DNA of 64,000 bases from Malacoraja senta (taxonomy: Eukaryota): assembly GCA_038087875.1 (NCBI GenBank), contig CM075992.1, forward strand, positions 2,172,001-2,236,000, read 5' to 3'. This document shows positions 61,553 through 64,000 of the stretch, piece after piece; the stretch's first letter is position 1; each line of letters opens with the position of its first letter. Below the pieces are notes generated by a model. It was not told the DNA's origin and did no database searches. It saw only the letters and a list, made by a program, of their open reading frames with translations. The translations under genes were made by a program, and so were the position numbers.

Positions 61553-62230
61553 TCTCTCTCTCCCCCTCTCTCTCTCCCACCCCCCCTCTCTCTCCTCCCC
61601 CATCTCTCTCCTCCCCCTTTCCCCCTCCTTTCCCTCTCCCCCTCCTTTCTCTCTCCCCCTCCTTTCTCTCTCCCCCTCCTTTCTCTCTCCCCTCCGTTCC
61701 CTCTCCCCCTCCGTTCCCTCTCCCCCTCCTTTCCCTCTCCCCCTCCTTTCCCTCTCCCCCTCCTTTCCCTCTCCCCCTCCTTTCCCTCTCCCCCTCCTTT
61801 CCCTCTCCCCCTCCTTTCCCTCTCTCTCCCCCCTTTCCCCCTTCCCCTCCTTTCCCTCTCCCCCTCTCCCTCCCTCTCCCCCTCCCCCTCCCTCTCCCCC
61901 TCCCTCTCCCTCTCCCCCTCCCTCTCCCCCTCTTCTCCCTCTCCCTCCCCCTCCTCTCCCTCCTCTCCCCTCCCTCCCCACCCCCCTCCCCCCCTGTGTG
62001 TGTGTGGGGTGTGGTTAGTGTGCATGTGAAGCCACAGCCCCCCCCCCCCCGCAACCACACGTTGAGGGGACGGACCCAGCGGTCTCCCCTCCCTCCCCTC
62101 TACCCACCCCGTCTCCCCCTCCACCCCCCCGTGTGTGTGGGGGGTGGTTAGTGTGCGTGTGAAGCCGCAGTGCCCCCCCCCGCAACCGCGTGTTGGGGGA
62201 ACAGACCCAGCGGGTCTGCACTTGGTCTAG
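61553..62230 (+). mobile_element. Candidate non-autonomous Helitron containing a CT-rich minisatellite
   Basis: 5' TC, 3' hairpin CAGACCC-AGC-GGGTCTG (62202-62218) then CTAG (62227-62230), between A and T, no TSD. Confidence 0.55.
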
Positions 62231-63132
62231 TATGTTATATAAACTGACCATTGACCGGAAGTGCAATCACTGCTTTGTATTCCATCCCCTTTCTTTTGAA
62301 ATGATTGAGACGGCACCATTTCCAAGCCTGTGGCGACCAATTGTCCACTTGACCATCATGGCACAGTGCCATCTCTTATCCATTGCCCCAAGGTAGAAAG
62401 CCCGTGTCCTCTGACAGGCTGTGTTGCTGCTTGCATGTTAGGAGTTGTGTGTAGGAAGCTGCTGTGCATACAGATTTTGTTAAATATTGCCATAACTCTG
62501 AAGTAAAGGCCTCTGAACAAATTACAGGAGCCCTTTCTCCAGCAGCTCAAGGAGTCTGGCATTCTGGGGAATCTGGCTTGGAAGGACAGGGCAAGAAACT
62601 GAAAATCCTTGAAATACCACTCATTAATCTGTCTTTCCTTGGTCCATTAATCATGTATTAATGAGTTGGGGGTTGGTAATGAACCTTGAGATACAGACAT
62701 GCTGACTGTGATACCTGTTGTCTATCCTCTAAGTGCTGAAAAGCATTTTTAAATCGGATCCTTTTGAAAGTTGCTTCCGCTTTGCACCTGCGATCTGCTT
62801 CTTGTCAGCGTAGGCTGTCTGTTTCCCTCTAAGATGAACAAAGATAACAGGGTTCATGACATCACAATTTGTTAAGACATTATCTCTCTGGATTGAAAAT
62901 CACTAAATGTCAGTTTCAGTGGAAATGAAATCTTTGATCTTTTATTCCATTACACTTAAAACCTACTGAGGTCTCGTGTTATTTTGCAGTCTTTCCTCTT
63001 GCATTTTACGTCACACCTGTTAATCAGTCAACTTGGGTGTCGTATCCAGACTGAGGGGGAAGTTTCCCCAGTGGAAATATTTTCTTCAGACACAACCCAA
63101 TACCCAGTGGGCTTAAAACGACGGCACTAAAC

Positions 63133-63386
63133 TGCGTAAGAAGGAACTGCAGATGCTGGTTTAAACCGAAGATAGACACAAAATGCTGGAGTAACTCAGC
63201 GGGACAGGCAGCATCTCTGGAGAGAAGGAATGGGTGACCTTTCAGGTCGAGACCCTTCTTCAGAAGTCTGAAGAGACCCTTCTTCAGAAGTCTGAAGAAG
63301 GGTCTCAACCCTAAACATCACCCATTCCTTCTCTCCAGAGATGCTGCCTGTCCCGCTGAGTTACTCCAGCATTTTGTGTCTATCTT
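63133..63386. mobile_element. Palindromic Penelope-tail insertion (representative of many)
   Basis: Two inverted tail copies; 11-bp TSD CGGCACTAAAC at 63122-63132 and 63387-63397. Confidence 0.8.
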
Positions 63387-64000
63387 CGGCACTAAACACT
63401 CATTAGTTTGAAACTATTTTCATTAAAGAGCCCATAGAGATGGAGAATTTCACACACTGCTGATGTGGTTAATGGTATTTTTGCTGCTTAGGTGTCTGCG
63501 CGTGTGCGTGCGTTCTTGGGGATAGGTTTTAGACTGCATCTTAAAGCAGAGAAAGAGCTAGTGAGGGAGATGCAGGGCTTAAGGTCTCAGCATGATAAAG
63601 CAGGGCAACTAAAAGTAATTAACAGTATTAAATTCAGGGTGATCAAGGGACCAGAATTGGAATTCAGTGGTCTTAGAGAGTGGGAATCACAGGTAAAGGA
63701 AGGGATTTGAAAACAATGCCATTTTCAAAACAAGGCATTGAATAACTAAGAGCCCATGTAGGTCAGCAGGCATGTTAAGACTGGGGGAGTAGAGGTTTGG
63801 ACTGTCTCGTATTTTGGGAGAGTGCATCTGATTAATGTTTTGAGAAAATACTAAGGAGGGGAAAGGAAGTCAGTATTGAGGGTGAAGAAGATGCTGGAGA
63901 CGATGAGAAGAAAAACATTCCTATCAGAGAGCCTAAGAGGGTACACAGCCCATCAATTAATTCATTTGCCTATTACCATGGAATTATCAGTGTTACAACA

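Noticed and set aside
61383..62151. Pro-rich and Gly/Glu/Arg-rich ORFs of about 200 aa
   Set aside because: Low-complexity CT repeat that is open in all frames.

Overview
Vertebrate genomic DNA, most likely a skate or ray (inferred from HE1-like V-SINEs plus abundant CR1, L2, Rex1 and Penelope-like repeats). Five genes whose human orthologues lie on 19p13 can be reconstructed by hand: FBXW9 (first coding exon only, frameshifted, +), ALKBH7 (4 exons, complete, +), a GDNF-family ligand in the persephin (PSPN) position (2 exons, complete, -), GTF2F1 (last 7 coding exons, with a 1-bp frameshift in the last, -) and CCDC130/YJU2B (9 coding exons, complete, -). Two 200-N gaps fall where the missing FBXW9 and GTF2F1 exons should be. 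The most notable non-genic signals are: many short, TSD-flanked, often palindromic Penelope-tail insertions carrying a minimal hammerhead-ribozyme core; an 18S rRNA fragment fused to such a tail; a candidate non-autonomous Helitron; modular GC-rich SINE-like elements with different LINE tails; and a 53-bp minisatellite abutting a CpG-island promoter. All calls come from reading the sequence and from recalled protein and repeat family features. No database searches were run.
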